This document shows positions 12,201 through 19,292 of a stretch of 64,000 nucleotides of DNA, piece by piece. The stretch's first letter is position 1. Every line of letters starts with the position of its first letter. The position numbers and the translations under genes are program-made. Source of the stretch: a virus. The stretch is from positions 39,678 to 103,677 of the IMG/VR virus record IMGVR_UViG_3300050821_003663. One strand, 5' to 3'. The notes below the pieces were generated by a model. The model searched no databases, was not told the DNA's origin, and saw only the letters and a program-made list of their open reading frames with translations.

Positions 12201-14354
12201 GATCCAGCGGATCTGCCACGGAGGGCGGAAGCCTCCGGAGACGAAGACATCACCAACAGCCGGCCGAAGGACATCCGCACCTGGTACGGAGGCGCTGCAT
12301 TCACGCAGGAGGTTGGAATCAAGTCAATCGCGACTCGCGCAGGCGCGGCCGAGGCGGGAGAGAACATCGTCAGGATGAACCGCTCGTATCAGGCGGACGC
12401 GGACGTGAACTTCGCGGACTTCGCAATGGAGGCCCATGACATCGCCGAGAAGCACAAGCTGGACACTCGCGACCCGAAGACGATGAATGACCTGTGGGAT
12501 GCCGTGGAAGGCAAGCGCGTCATCGACAACCCGGCGATCAATGCTGCGGTGAACGACATCGCCAACCTGCATGAGCGGATCCACTCGGCCGAGGGAACTG
12601 CAGGCGTCAAGCTGAAGACGCCATCCGGCGAGGTGCTTTCGTGGAAGCAGATCTCGAAGGACCGCAACTACATGCCGCATCGGATCGACTGGGATGCCCA
12701 GGTGCAAGATCCAGTTACCGGCGAAACGCACACACTCCGCGACATCATGAAGGAGACCTTCGCGGAAGCCAGCCGCCGGCGGATTATCGACGCTATCGCG
12801 AAGGAGCGGAACTACACCTACGACCAGGTGGTCGACTACCTTCGCGCTTACGCTCCAAACACGCCGGTGTTGAGCCATATCCACCGCGCACGTACCATCG
12901 ACTTTCCGTTCATCAAGAAGGACTGGCGAACGCTGATGAGTTACTACCGTCAGGCCGCTGACGCTATCGCGATTGAGAAGAACTTCGGTTCAGATCGCGG
13001 CAAGCTGGACAAGGAGATTGCGCGGATCCCGAGCGAGAACGGCCGCCGCACGATTCAGAGCATGTTCGACGGATTGTTGGAGCCGCAGGAGTGGCAGGAC
13101 TGGACAGCGAAGGCTTACAACGCCGCCATCGCTTTCGAGGCCGCAACCAAGATGACAATCTCCGTCACCAAGGTGCCGTTCCACCTCGTCCACATCCCGA
13201 TGGGCCTGAAGGGCCGCGTGATGCCGCTGGTGAAGGCTATAGCGAGGGACATCTTCGATCACAAGGACGTGATGGACAACGCGACTTATGTGGGAACCAT
13301 CGCTCGACAGTTGAACGCCGCTGACGTGATCGCCAAGGGTGAAGACTCTCAGGGCATCACACACCAGATCTTCGGCAAGACAGGGTTCAACGCCGCGTAC
13401 AAGCAGGTGAGGGCGATTGCCGGCGAGTCATCTCGCATCTGGATGGAGCAGTACGCGATGAAGGAGCTCCGCAAGGATAACTCCGGGGAGGCTCGCAGAA
13501 TTCTCCGCGACGTGATGCTAGTTGGAGACAAGGCCATCGACCAAGCGATTGCAATCGGCCGGTTCACTCCGGAGGATCTCGCGAAGGGTCAGACGGCCTT
13601 TGCCAACCTGACGACGTGGTCGAACAATCCGCTGCAGATGCCAGGGTGGGCGCGGCTGCATATTGAGCGCAACGATCCTACGACGATGGTGGGGATCAAG
13701 CGGGCAGTGCGCCTGACGTACGCGCTGCAGTCGTTCGCGCTGAAGTCGACATCGCTGCTACGTGAGCAACTCTATGACGAGGTGGTTCACCACAAAAATC
13801 TCAAGCCGCTTGCATACGCTGTCATCGCGTATCCGGTGATCGGCCAGCTACTCGCGGCCACGGGCGCCGGCGCGAAGCACTTCGTCCACAAGGGAATCGA
13901 AGGGTTGGAACACAAGGAGCACGAGAACGACTCATGGGATAAATTCTTCGCCAACCTGGAGGACACCTTCGAGCATCCGGAGGCAGTGAAGTTCCTGAAG
14001 TTCTACATCGACGGCTGGACGCTGGGTGTCGGCTGGGACCGCGTACGCCGCTGGACGGATCCATTCCTAAATGCCGCGATTGGCAAGAACAAAGAGGCTC
14101 AGAGCGGACTAACGTATCTCCTCAAGGACGAGGGCGAGCAGCTCATCGGGCCGGCCTTCAGCGACCTAGTGGAGTTTCTTGGCTTTGGCGTGGATGTGGG
14201 CAAGATCGAGATAGGCCAGAAGCACCCCGAGCAGAAGAAGGAAAAGGTTGAGGCCGCCGCGAAGAAAGAGACCAAGCAGATCGTACCGATTCTCGGTCAG
14301 GTGCCAGGGTTCACGAACCCACCGAAAGCGAAGACCACGAGGCCGCATTACTGA
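3228..14354 (+). CDS. giant polyvalent (DarB-like) internal virion protein, 3708 aa
   Basis: DdrB-like ParB domain (~6780-7300: YEVVPIDSLVASH, PLQPR, GPAIID...GGNTR); zincin motif TFIHEFAH (~8910); strawberry-notch-like SF2 helicase (~10190-11620: ATGTGKT, IADESGE, FSATP, AGGIGVSLH, EQAMGRSWR); helical C-terminus. Confidence 0.8.
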   Translation: MAEDVLEKLSAAIGRKITPESTAKKPVYVAGENVKGLKEPGNIDITNRPVVPNPAAGKGQSSTVLSMGIEEDGKHVLIPMVSDGADGKPPRIMNKKEAIDYYHKTKKHLGIFDSDAAADEYGRNVLHPQQATLKNVNGRTSAAPDLSSIIGRRVEPEKVSPLAMQRFKMYSQARTNGFDPDAAMKTAMSTAGTVEGAPGQSMYQKAKSAFANVPLAPGATRTLGDVGKDISEVLHRAWANPMAMSDSEWASHQQNIDKFFDDYLQQAKAKIGEPTTPFKKFQTGAAQFEAGAFAGTAKTAAEFTSPGQIALLVGTFGESALARVAAKTGIAGAVPAAKTIAKLLQLNFTASMIEGTATGVEDTFRNAIKGDWKAAGQSAAEGLISGVMAKSAIDHETAQIRVRADLEKVARDKYGAPAGHPVTAAITSRFNQLDPFRQAAVIDEAVKQSKEYQDILKDVDDKNADAKAETRKQQRGRLNDYYGRAMSEAWDENVARRTLQGLQRGRQAVGRMEEASRQADTKRAQEEHVREQQSITLRLIEEHREMDRQAAAKQRIERGQEAASERSQVGRISEVLSDKRNDVFRQRQEFDSIAPAETAPRRQIEAVVTPEGQVAYPAMFWGEENHFGVAGDLGGHAVYRQTPRGTEWLGTDGNFSEAPESVYMAAKPEEADTMARLGALTAEATYRAEEEGGEHVKDADELSAILRDYSEGEIDAKEARKRAGIADTTKLPDEYTAARDGRLNGPFYDSSARGYYDGLAEEARTAGLTEEETNELLNEAGMLSRQQTENNLHHVSRPGDYVVSGKGIKWTLDSKGVLHSDEGGAVPLLKRGLYSNDALQLAGSGRVGYGTQTRDERRASDARRRQTEADIRQNQEQVDREMRLAVQRQDITPAAETEPRADTIDKDVRRQRFMTRPPRAEESQVGAIVRMVLTAPTDAKSVIKAIAARNGVSEQEVMRLQIAADPDRLNAPEAKVARLEIGDTITDDFRKDRPWKVEQGKDGNLYLRSGNASPLKLDRLNPSDRVKDIVNKGKVTQSKLDFTEAEVSQAAFDRPHYVSYQDRLTDEVRERIEGTISDPEARTPAQVEQQAVAAIRRSDAADAVATRAVIDSVNPPADVTSVEQAEGAVDDAQEKVKVAEKAYSQAAEAESKSTPADPFPDRAPVSVGYVGPHGMIVQNGHEISFHYEVVPIDSLVASHNWNGPLLEVNPEFPEPLQPRTISEAESKLNDLRAQRRVTSENGKTQGYDFREYADKTVNGSMGPAIIDPRGWIVGGNTRISIMRRHLDNLRSIGDVEEREAALLGFRSAMRQLASEDGVAGYPDDGSFNAVVRVLDKPIATNREAAELGRLFNKSVSVQIRKSAKGISYAKSLDTPLMEEIGRRTEAYDGLTPAMQADPEFFRDIVSEKFSVTPEEYADWFDDIPGRGLVLNDQGRQQFTKAMMGTVIKDAALLNRIEGRTPYRAAERAITYLIKMQALTDRDIVGKITEALNASAETMNTDPGLSLSNDRWLATYHPDQQQFLGMETSIPPEPDRMVEALWRALTASDAAVPRVFNDRLKSFIGQESSLAGNIFEEQQETPAEAFNRAFKKELKEVAFSRKDKQEAISQDEYDAALRNRELSDAERFDAENTPETEGGRGQSPEQAEGAQAPGSLSAGDPFATTSWERGEQPGELMWVDHEGDYPVSARLLASKERAEVAIKDEHGLVGTVVIGRGEWPKEEADRVSLMREKMKGAGDFNDKPEQAQEKIAERMAKQAAIAFKHGSSGGRMTRPPEAPTKASIAARDMAITKAEKGYVTPDKLKEFLASHPATKGNVNELMRTARMMSEYVFDADPPVGVDRKQALDWVLRERLAGIEAGELKTKRGQYSDPLIEKGVGDAIMKLHKAADPSTFIHEFAHVIFPMLSDEDLKAIDTIEGPRGKGRWDGERKNLTKDVYVDLSEKLASGMERFLRDENPTGFTHEVKAVLAKVKEMMRKVYSAFAKDPLSGFNPTEEAREVFSKMFGITTFDVQDRWSEELKKARTEEKRMKKPDEEAHPLQKIAADAGATGIRNTIAGKVEDSAGERVDPRKPSAALVFPDEGSATAFWDQVVSGKGKISNAELIQAEDGSWGVRFNTKTKVPNSVLYQDVPKKHPGLELEEKKKRLAETPASAAMVRKLLQLQIQNLENEIRSKYGAETEPAAKPAEVASQARQEVKNVANANAVREAAHANAPLSDAGKPPAFSQPPRPPRSADAGAGSTGRVRPDGKPVARAPRSLAEVREVNIQPLARERSAPVGTVEGEEFNEQKWKSTLAMAGLPENLPPPTWALNRKTAEKLIFPGQKEVVQAALSAFEQGDGFAAATATGTGKTYTGMAIIKEWRDKHPDARILYITKNQKLLKNARGVSEGTFGFEMEKKLPDRDAPAGTYGITYMGMIADPKAENTHWDMVIADESGEARNWFKEDNQQGKKLMAVTANADKVGYFSATPWHSPMEYGYMTKLNLWPKNGFDRWIEGNFAHEKIDGKVIGKLDPAKQAKLRQQLIERGQLVSQAISYDGFTAHFGVVPVTDSMKRGLDRIHEGFARAKKQLIDTKKKGLAEKVAAFEATYTKAFLERERLPQAIELAQKARRNGWQVMLFSETSSEDLFRRGQEEGEEPSTYQQLDMAMGGQLSRIIPPFPNIYDRLQQAFGSQIGDYSGRGNSMGEREKALTDYLTGERPMIYSTYAAGGIGVSLHDADFPELGISGGERPRVAIFLGPPYSGVLLEQAMGRSWRFGVKSDTHSVFLATDSEPDVRLMQEKVGPRMRALRASVLGERDSLASVMATYNDEEKTRARQESLAYQEGNEPEISAQSFQVRSKSRDVGINDWSQINFPPADTAKNKGMKYGEHVPGGDWSNLYQSKFGMLFPDSPEQSAGKDSVDSIGNGLATGQGLPPDVSVQNLDPADRDVVVGAAASVATDAVDASTERDAKAAARQSMQSQMQLPGDKDKWILTFPNRRQKIGVWRYTGDPADLPRRAEASGDEDITNSRPKDIRTWYGGAAFTQEVGIKSIATRAGAAEAGENIVRMNRSYQADADVNFADFAMEAHDIAEKHKLDTRDPKTMNDLWDAVEGKRVIDNPAINAAVNDIANLHERIHSAEGTAGVKLKTPSGEVLSWKQISKDRNYMPHRIDWDAQVQDPVTGETHTLRDIMKETFAEASRRRIIDAIAKERNYTYDQVVDYLRAYAPNTPVLSHIHRARTIDFPFIKKDWRTLMSYYRQAADAIAIEKNFGSDRGKLDKEIARIPSENGRRTIQSMFDGLLEPQEWQDWTAKAYNAAIAFEAATKMTISVTKVPFHLVHIPMGLKGRVMPLVKAIARDIFDHKDVMDNATYVGTIARQLNAADVIAKGEDSQGITHQIFGKTGFNAAYKQVRAIAGESSRIWMEQYAMKELRKDNSGEARRILRDVMLVGDKAIDQAIAIGRFTPEDLAKGQTAFANLTTWSNNPLQMPGWARLHIERNDPTTMVGIKRAVRLTYALQSFALKSTSLLREQLYDEVVHHKNLKPLAYAVIAYPVIGQLLAATGAGAKHFVHKGIEGLEHKEHENDSWDKFFANLEDTFEHPEAVKFLKFYIDGWTLGVGWDRVRRWTDPFLNAAIGKNKEAQSGLTYLLKDEGEQLIGPAFSDLVEFLGFGVDVGKIEIGQKHPEQKKEKVEAAAKKETKQIVPILGQVPGFTNPPKAKTTRPHY

Positions 14355-14383
14355 GTGTATTATGCCTACATGGAGGTAACACC

Positions 14384-14629
14384 ATGAGGGTAGTTATTGC
14401 AACACCCGAGCAGTGGCAGTCGATATTCCAGAGGCTCATCCCGGCGGAGCGCATCTTGCAAGGGACGGCCCTATTTATCGCATCCGTAAACACTCTCGTT
14501 GTTATGGACGATGAGCTGGTAGTCGGCAAACTACGCGAGAACAACATTCACGAAAGCGAACCACTGTCAAAATGGAAAGAAGAGCTCCGCACGAAGCAGT
14601 TCGAGGTAATCTATCCGTCGAAGGAGTGA
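14384..14629 (+). CDS. hypothetical protein
   Basis: SD GGAGGT, ATG, tight packing. Confidence 0.6.
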   Translation: MRVVIATPEQWQSIFQRLIPAERILQGTALFIASVNTLVVMDDELVVGKLRENNIHESEPLSKWKEELRTKQFEVIYPSKE

Positions 14630-14632
14630 GCG

Positions 14633-14821
14633 ATGCCGATCCGAGCAGGGGCAACGAAAGCTGAAGCCTTCCACGATCTACGTCACGGGAAGGCGTACAA
14701 GAAGACGCGGGCGAAGTTCGGCAAGAAGAAGGCGCAACAGCAGATGGTTGCGCGTTACTTCAAGCACGAGCGCGGCGAGGACCGGCCGAAGGGTAAAAAG
14801 CGCAGATCGACGAAGCGATGA
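14633..14821 (+). CDS. small basic hypothetical protein
   Basis: Lys/Arg-rich 62 aa; SD AAGGAG. Confidence 0.6.
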   Translation: MPIRAGATKAEAFHDLRHGKAYKKTRAKFGKKKAQQQMVARYFKHERGEDRPKGKKRRSTKR

Positions 14822-15078
14822 CAGAGCCAATCATGTGCGGTTGGACTGAAGGCCGACAAGGTGACCCTTCCTGCGAACATTCATGGGACTATGAGGAAGG
14901 CGTGATTATCACGTCCCCACCCAGAGAGCACCGGGAGTGTTCGAAGTGCCATCGCCGCGAGTGTGTTATAGCGCGAGAGCACGAAGGGAACGAACTGGAT
15001 GAACAAATATTTTTTGGTGGCAACCTGGTGATCGTGTCGCCGAGGGTCAACTTCAAACTGGTGGGGCTCAAGGGCTAG
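14818..15078 (+). CDS. hypothetical protein with possible Zn ligands
   Basis: CEHSW...CSKC pattern; ATGA overlap with upstream gene. Confidence 0.5.
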   Translation: MTEPIMCGWTEGRQGDPSCEHSWDYEEGVIITSPPREHRECSKCHRRECVIAREHEGNELDEQIFFGGNLVIVSPRVNFKLVGLKG

Positions 15079-15120
15079 GTGATAGGATGTAGGCTAATTT
15101 CCTTGGAGGGAGATGAGCTT

Positions 15121-15372
15121 ATGTTCGGAGCGAGGGTAGTCGGCCTGGAAGCCTCTGTCGTGTTGAAGAACCCGAAGACCGGGGAAACCGTCACGTTCGA
15201 CATGACGGAAGCGGAGTTCGAGCCTATCGGCATGGGAGTGAACGGCGCTGGTCGTGGCTGGCAAATCTTCCAAATTGAAGGGCGGGTGGATCGCAAGCGC
15301 AACGGAAGCCCCGGCGTGAAGGTCACGACGGCCCCATCGAAGTATCTTCCCCGAAGAGTGCGAGGTAGATAG
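15121..15372 (+). CDS. hypothetical protein
   Basis: SD GGAGGG upstream; start uncertain (15079 or 15121). Confidence 0.5.
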   Translation: MFGARVVGLEASVVLKNPKTGETVTFDMTEAEFEPIGMGVNGAGRGWQIFQIEGRVDRKRNGSPGVKVTTAPSKYLPRRVRGR

Positions 15373-15373
15373 C

Positions 15374-15772
15374 GTGAAGGCAGGAATCCTACTCCGCTGG
15401 CACTCATTCTGGATCGGCGTCCACTACTCGCCGGCCAACCGCCGATTCTGCATCAACCTCATCCCGTTCGTGACGGTGTGGATCACCCTTGAGGATGGAG
15501 TGCAGCCGCAACGGTCTTTGCCAAAGCAACCTTCTGATAAAACTCCCGCATCGCGACCTCTCGTTCCGCGTGGGGCATTCGGGCCAGCCTTTCCAGCTTC
15601 TTTTGAAGAAGATCATCTCCGGCAAACTCAACATCCAGAGGAACACCTTCGGCTGCTTCGGCAGATCGAGCAAGAAAGAAGTCAATCAACTCCTGAATCA
15701 AAAACGGTGCCCTTTGTTTGGCCATCTTCCGGCCGCGTCGGCGCCACAGCAGATCCCGGACAACTGAAGTAG
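15374..15772 (+). CDS. hypothetical protein; only the N-terminal ~45 aa look protein-like
   Basis: WHSFWIGVHYSPANRRFCINLIPFVTVWI segment; remainder is antisense to the 15483-16121 gene. Confidence 0.4.
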   Translation: MKAGILLRWHSFWIGVHYSPANRRFCINLIPFVTVWITLEDGVQPQRSLPKQPSDKTPASRPLVPRGAFGPAFPASFEEDHLRQTQHPEEHLRLLRQIEQERSQSTPESKTVPFVWPSSGRVGATADPGQLK

Positions 15773-16121
15773 GGTAGAGGATGTAGGCGCCCACTCTGAC
15801 ACCACCCTTTATCCGGCCCGTAGCAGCCCGCGTACGGGTTCCGTGGAGCGTCCACCCCATAATCTCTGCAATCTCCCTCAGCGAGAGCAGGGGGGCCATG
15901 TCTAGCTCGATTGGCAGGGGGTGTGTGCGGCCGTAGAAAGCCTCACAGCGCTTCAGCTTCTCTTTGTACTCGGGGGTGGGGTCCAAATACCGCGCTTCAG
16001 CCCTAGTACGGCCGGGGAGGAAGGCCAGGTGCCCATTCTTAGCCAGCCACAGGGCGTGCTTCCGGGTGATATTGAGCACACCGCAGATTCCTTCAAGCGA
16101 TAGCCAGTGCTGATCGGTCAT
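15483..16121 (-). CDS. DNA-binding protein with two excisionase/MerR-like HTH segments
   Basis: WLSLEGICGVLNITRKHALWLAKNGHL and LLSLREIAEIMGWTLHGTRTRAATGRI. Confidence 0.6.
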   Translation of the reverse strand: MTDQHWLSLEGICGVLNITRKHALWLAKNGHLAFLPGRTRAEARYLDPTPEYKEKLKRCEAFYGRTHPLPIELDMAPLLSLREIAEIMGWTLHGTRTRAATGRIKGGVRVGAYILYPTSVVRDLLWRRRGRKMAKQRAPFLIQELIDFFLARSAEAAEGVPLDVEFAGDDLLQKKLERLARMPHAEREVAMREFYQKVALAKTVAAALHPQG

Positions 16122-16387
16122 GCCGTCTTTTTCTTAGGAGGCCGGCCGCCGCGATAGGACGACTTCGGACGGTTTTCGTGGCTCTTGCGGGCCATCTCGG
16201 AGAAGGTCTCCGAGGAGATCTGACGCTTTTCGGCTGAGATTGCACCGATTTTAGAGTAGTAATCGGGATCACTTTTCGATAGCGTCTGCCGGCGGCGAGG
16301 CTTGGAAGCCTTCTTTACTGCGGAACCTAGCTCGACTGTACGTGGCTTTTTAGGGAGGATGCGTTTGATCGTCGCCATGTAAGTCAT
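16118..16387 (-). CDS. small basic protein, possibly DNA-binding
   Basis: Basic; DYYSKIGAIS...FSEMARKS short repeats; C-terminal RGGRPPK; coupled to the downstream minus-strand gene. Confidence 0.5.
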   Translation of the reverse strand: MTYMATIKRILPKKPRTVELGSAVKKASKPRRRQTLSKSDPDYYSKIGAISAEKRQISSETFSEMARKSHENRPKSSYRGGRPPKKKTA

Positions 16388-16435
16388 TATCAGCCAACAT
16401 GAAAAATCGCGCCATAAAAAAGCCTACATGAACGC

Positions 16436-16464
16436 TTGACACGGAAACGAACAAGTGCAACACT
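16436..16464 (+). promoter_or_regulatory. sigma70-type rightward promoter in the divergent intergenic region
   Basis: TTGACA-17 bp-(TGC)AACACT, overlapped by inverted repeat TGCAACA-N10-TGTTGCA (16456-16479). Confidence 0.55.
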
Positions 16465-16499
16465 CGTCTTGCTGTTGCAACGAGGGAGAATCTGGGGAA

Positions 16500-16886
16500 A
16501 TGGCGAGACATAACAACGGAAAGAGCTACTTCGCTATTGACGGAGAACGGCTTACAGCCGCCAGAATATCCGCAGGGATGTCGTTACAAGACGTTGCCAA
16601 TAGGATAAAGTGCAACAAGTCCAGCGTATCGCGATGGGAGCAGGGAACGCTTTGCCCGTCGGACGAACGAATCTTCATCTTGATGGAAATGTTTGAAGGC
16701 GGAGACTTTCTAAGGGAAGGACACGCAGCACGGCTGACCTGGAAAGAGGTTGACCGCATTCGCGAGCTCCTCGAAGAGAAGAAACCGCAGGACAGGATCG
16801 CAAAGATGTTTGGATTGCCGCTGGCCACGATCAGCGCTATCGCACGGAACGAAATCTGGAAGAGAGACGAGGTAACCGCCCAATGA
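16500..16886 (+). CDS. XRE/Cro-family HTH regulator with a second C-terminal HTH
   Basis: LTAARISAGMSLQDVANRIKCNKSSVSRWEQG; C-terminal QDRIAKMFGLPLATISAI. Confidence 0.8.
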   Translation: MARHNNGKSYFAIDGERLTAARISAGMSLQDVANRIKCNKSSVSRWEQGTLCPSDERIFILMEMFEGGDFLREGHAARLTWKEVDRIRELLEEKKPQDRIAKMFGLPLATISAIARNEIWKRDEVTAQ

Positions 16887-18193
16887 GCTCAACATCACTT
16901 ACCTACAACCCGGAGCAAATGAATCAATCATTGATGCGGGAGCCGACCGAGGTGCTTGCCGAGGCCCGCAAGGCCGCAGTGGCGCTGCAGGACGTCATCA
17001 GCAAGAAGAAGAAGCCTGTGATGTTCAACGGCGAGCAGTACATCGAACGCGAGGACTGGGGGACTGTGGCCCGGTTCTACGGGTGTACCGCGAAGGTCGA
17101 GGAGACGCGCTACATTTCGATTGGCGAGGTCCACGGTTACGAGGCGGTGGCGGTATGCCTTGACCGCAACCAGAACATCATCAGCCGAGCCGAGTCGATG
17201 TGTCTGTCCGATGAAGACAACTGGGGCATGGTGGCCGAGTATGAGTGGAAGGACAAGGTCGGCGAAGACGGAAAGAAGGTCTGGGACGAAAAGGGCGGCA
17301 AGGGCGGGAAGGGAGCCTATATTCGCGAGCGGGTGAAGGTCGGAGAGAAGGCAAAGCCGCTCTTCCAGCTCCGTTCGATGGCTCAGACTCGCGCTGAGGC
17401 TAAGGTACTCAAGAGCGTCTTCGGCTTCGTAGTGGTACTGGCAGGCTATCAGCCGTCTGTAGCGGAAGAGATGACCGGAAACGAGCAGCCGCGCAACGAC
17501 GCGGAGGAGCCAAGGGCTGCAGTGCAGAAGCCTCAGCGGGCAAGTGAGGTAGTCATAGAGCAAGTCAGCGGCACTATCCAGGACGCTAAGTTCAACTCCA
17601 AGGGTGAGCTCTGGATGTACCTGGGGGACAAGCTGACTAAGGTTCCCGAGCCTCTTATTAGCGACGACATGGTCAACGGCAACGTCATGACGATCAACGC
17701 GAAGAAAGGGAAGGCTGAAAAGGTTGGGGAGTTCTGGCTGACGGTCGAAGTCGTGAAGTGCGAGAAGGTTACGGAAGGCGTCGTGGTGGAGGACCAGACT
17801 GCGGTAGTCAGCGCCGAAGACGAAGTGCAGGAGCACCCGGCTGACGTGCCCGAGTCTACGCCTCAGACCGAAGAGCTGAAGACGATGTTCGACAACGGCG
17901 ATCTGAAGACCGGCCGCGAGGTCGCAGTGAAGAAGGAAGAGACGGACAAGAAGAAGGAGCAGTCGTGGAGAGCGCACGCCGGCCACGATCCAATGAAGCA
18001 CATGAGCTTCAAGCAGTTCAACCTGCTGATGATGATTATCAGCAAGCGGAAACTGAAGGATGAGGACGTGAAGGCGCTGCTTTTGGAGGATTTCGGTGTG
18101 GAGCACCGCTACCTTTTCCCGAAGGACAGGTTTGCGGATCTGCTGGACATGCTTGACCCCAACTTCGAATACCACGACAAGCCGAAGGACTAG
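16883..18193 (+). CDS. putative ssDNA-annealing/recombination protein
   Basis: SMAQTRAEAKVL...AEEM motif resembles phage SSAP families; an exonuclease gene lies just downstream. Confidence 0.55.
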   Translation: MSSTSLTYNPEQMNQSLMREPTEVLAEARKAAVALQDVISKKKKPVMFNGEQYIEREDWGTVARFYGCTAKVEETRYISIGEVHGYEAVAVCLDRNQNIISRAESMCLSDEDNWGMVAEYEWKDKVGEDGKKVWDEKGGKGGKGAYIRERVKVGEKAKPLFQLRSMAQTRAEAKVLKSVFGFVVVLAGYQPSVAEEMTGNEQPRNDAEEPRAAVQKPQRASEVVIEQVSGTIQDAKFNSKGELWMYLGDKLTKVPEPLISDDMVNGNVMTINAKKGKAEKVGEFWLTVEVVKCEKVTEGVVVEDQTAVVSAEDEVQEHPADVPESTPQTEELKTMFDNGDLKTGREVAVKKEETDKKKEQSWRAHAGHDPMKHMSFKQFNLLMMIISKRKLKDEDVKALLLEDFGVEHRYLFPKDRFADLLDMLDPNFEYHDKPKD

Positions 18194-18202
18194 GAGGAGG
18201 CC

Positions 18203-18406
18203 ATGAAGACGATAAAGCGCTGGATACGTAACTGGCTGGGGGTCAACGGAGACTCATCGTATCCGCACCGCTTCGTCTGCCTCCTGAACTGGAGGGACAT
18301 AGTTATCGGCGTCGACGGTAACGGCGACATGTACGAGCTACGGCAACACAGCTACGACGGGGAGATGGTTGTGCAGTTGATGATGAAGAATCCACTGGAG
18401 AGGTGA
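18203..18406 (+). CDS. hypothetical protein
   Basis: SD AGGAGG, ATG. Confidence 0.6.
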   Translation: MKTIKRWIRNWLGVNGDSSYPHRFVCLLNWRDIVIGVDGNGDMYELRQHSYDGEMVVQLMMKNPLER

Positions 18407-18643
18407 GTGATGGCAGACGAGCAGGAAGATTTCGACATGCAGGAAGTGGTGAGCGGCCGCGTCAGCGCTCTGGGGTACGACGCTCCGACGAAGCGGATGC
18501 GGGCTCAGTTCCCCAACGGCCGCGTGGCTGAATACGAGGGCGTTCCGGAAGAGGTTTATGGGGCGGTGATGGCGTCACCCAGCATCGGCCAAGCTTTCGG
18601 GTCCATGATCGTCAACGGCGGATTTCCGTTCAAGTACGTATGA
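18407..18643 (+). CDS. KTSC domain protein
   Basis: VSGRVSALGYD...AQFPNGRVAEYEGVPEEVY...SPSIGQAF matches the KTSC pattern. Confidence 0.8.
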   Translation: MMADEQEDFDMQEVVSGRVSALGYDAPTKRMRAQFPNGRVAEYEGVPEEVYGAVMASPSIGQAFGSMIVNGGFPFKYV

Positions 18644-19290
18644 GCCGAGACTGGGGAATCGAGATACCGGGAGGCTTCTTCGATGAAGAGCGCCATCGCT
18701 ACCGTGACGAGAGAGGAGTGATCGTACCCTCAAGCACCCAGGTATTCACCATCCACGGCATGAACGATTTCAGCGCGGCGAATCAGGAAGACGTGGAGTG
18801 GAAGAGGCTTTACGGGGACGCGGTTCACGAAGCTGTCAGGTTCTTAGTCGAGGGCGATTTAGACACGGACACCTTAGATTCGGAAGTTGAGCCGGCGGTA
18901 ACCGGGATCGGCGGCCGCTTGAAGGATATAGATTTTCAGCTTGAAGCTGTAGAAGAGAGAATGATCGCAAACTGCTGTGGCATGAAGTACGGGATGACCC
19001 TAGATTTACGTGGAACCTGCGAGCATCTCGGAAAGCGTCGGAGCGTCGTGATCGACGAAAAAACGGGTTCTAAGTTTTCGCAGACGTGGATGTGGCAGGT
19101 AGGCTCATATCTCATCCCTCAGCCGCGAGTTCCGCTGGGATGGCTCGGAATGGTGCTTCAGGTAGAGCCGAGGGGTAAGGTAGCACCGCATTTTGTTCCG
19201 GATGTGGGGCGAGCAAAGATGGAGTTTCAGGCGTTATTGGCGTCGGCGATCTTGAAACTAAACTACGGGTACGCCAACCTTGGAGGGTAA
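18640..19290 (+). CDS. PD-(D/E)XK (Cas4/RecB-like) exonuclease
   Basis: FDEERHRY...VPSSTQV, G.AVH, E...GMTLD...IDEKTG, Q..SY motifs. Confidence 0.75.
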   Translation: MSRDWGIEIPGGFFDEERHRYRDERGVIVPSSTQVFTIHGMNDFSAANQEDVEWKRLYGDAVHEAVRFLVEGDLDTDTLDSEVEPAVTGIGGRLKDIDFQLEAVEERMIANCCGMKYGMTLDLRGTCEHLGKRRSVVIDEKTGSKFSQTWMWQVGSYLIPQPRVPLGWLGMVLQVEPRGKVAPHFVPDVGRAKMEFQALLASAILKLNYGYANLGG

Positions 19291-19292
19291 CG

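Noticed and set aside
582-14348. Many alternative-frame and antisense ORFs within the virion genes
   Set aside because: No SD or recognisable motifs; expected in GC-rich coding DNA (the SD-bearing cases are kept as a finding)
3228-14354. Tape measure protein or virion RNA polymerase
   Set aside because: No tape-measure repeats or RNAP catalytic motifs recognised; helicase, ParB-like and HExxH motifs fit a polyvalent protein
16928-18175. 415-aa minus-strand ORF
   Set aside because: Antisense shadow of the SSAP-like gene; Leu/His/Val-rich composition typical of reverse-frame ORFs in GC-rich DNA
18640-19290. Cas4 as part of a CRISPR system
   Set aside because: Lacks the four-Cys cluster pattern and cas context; ordinary phage exonuclease
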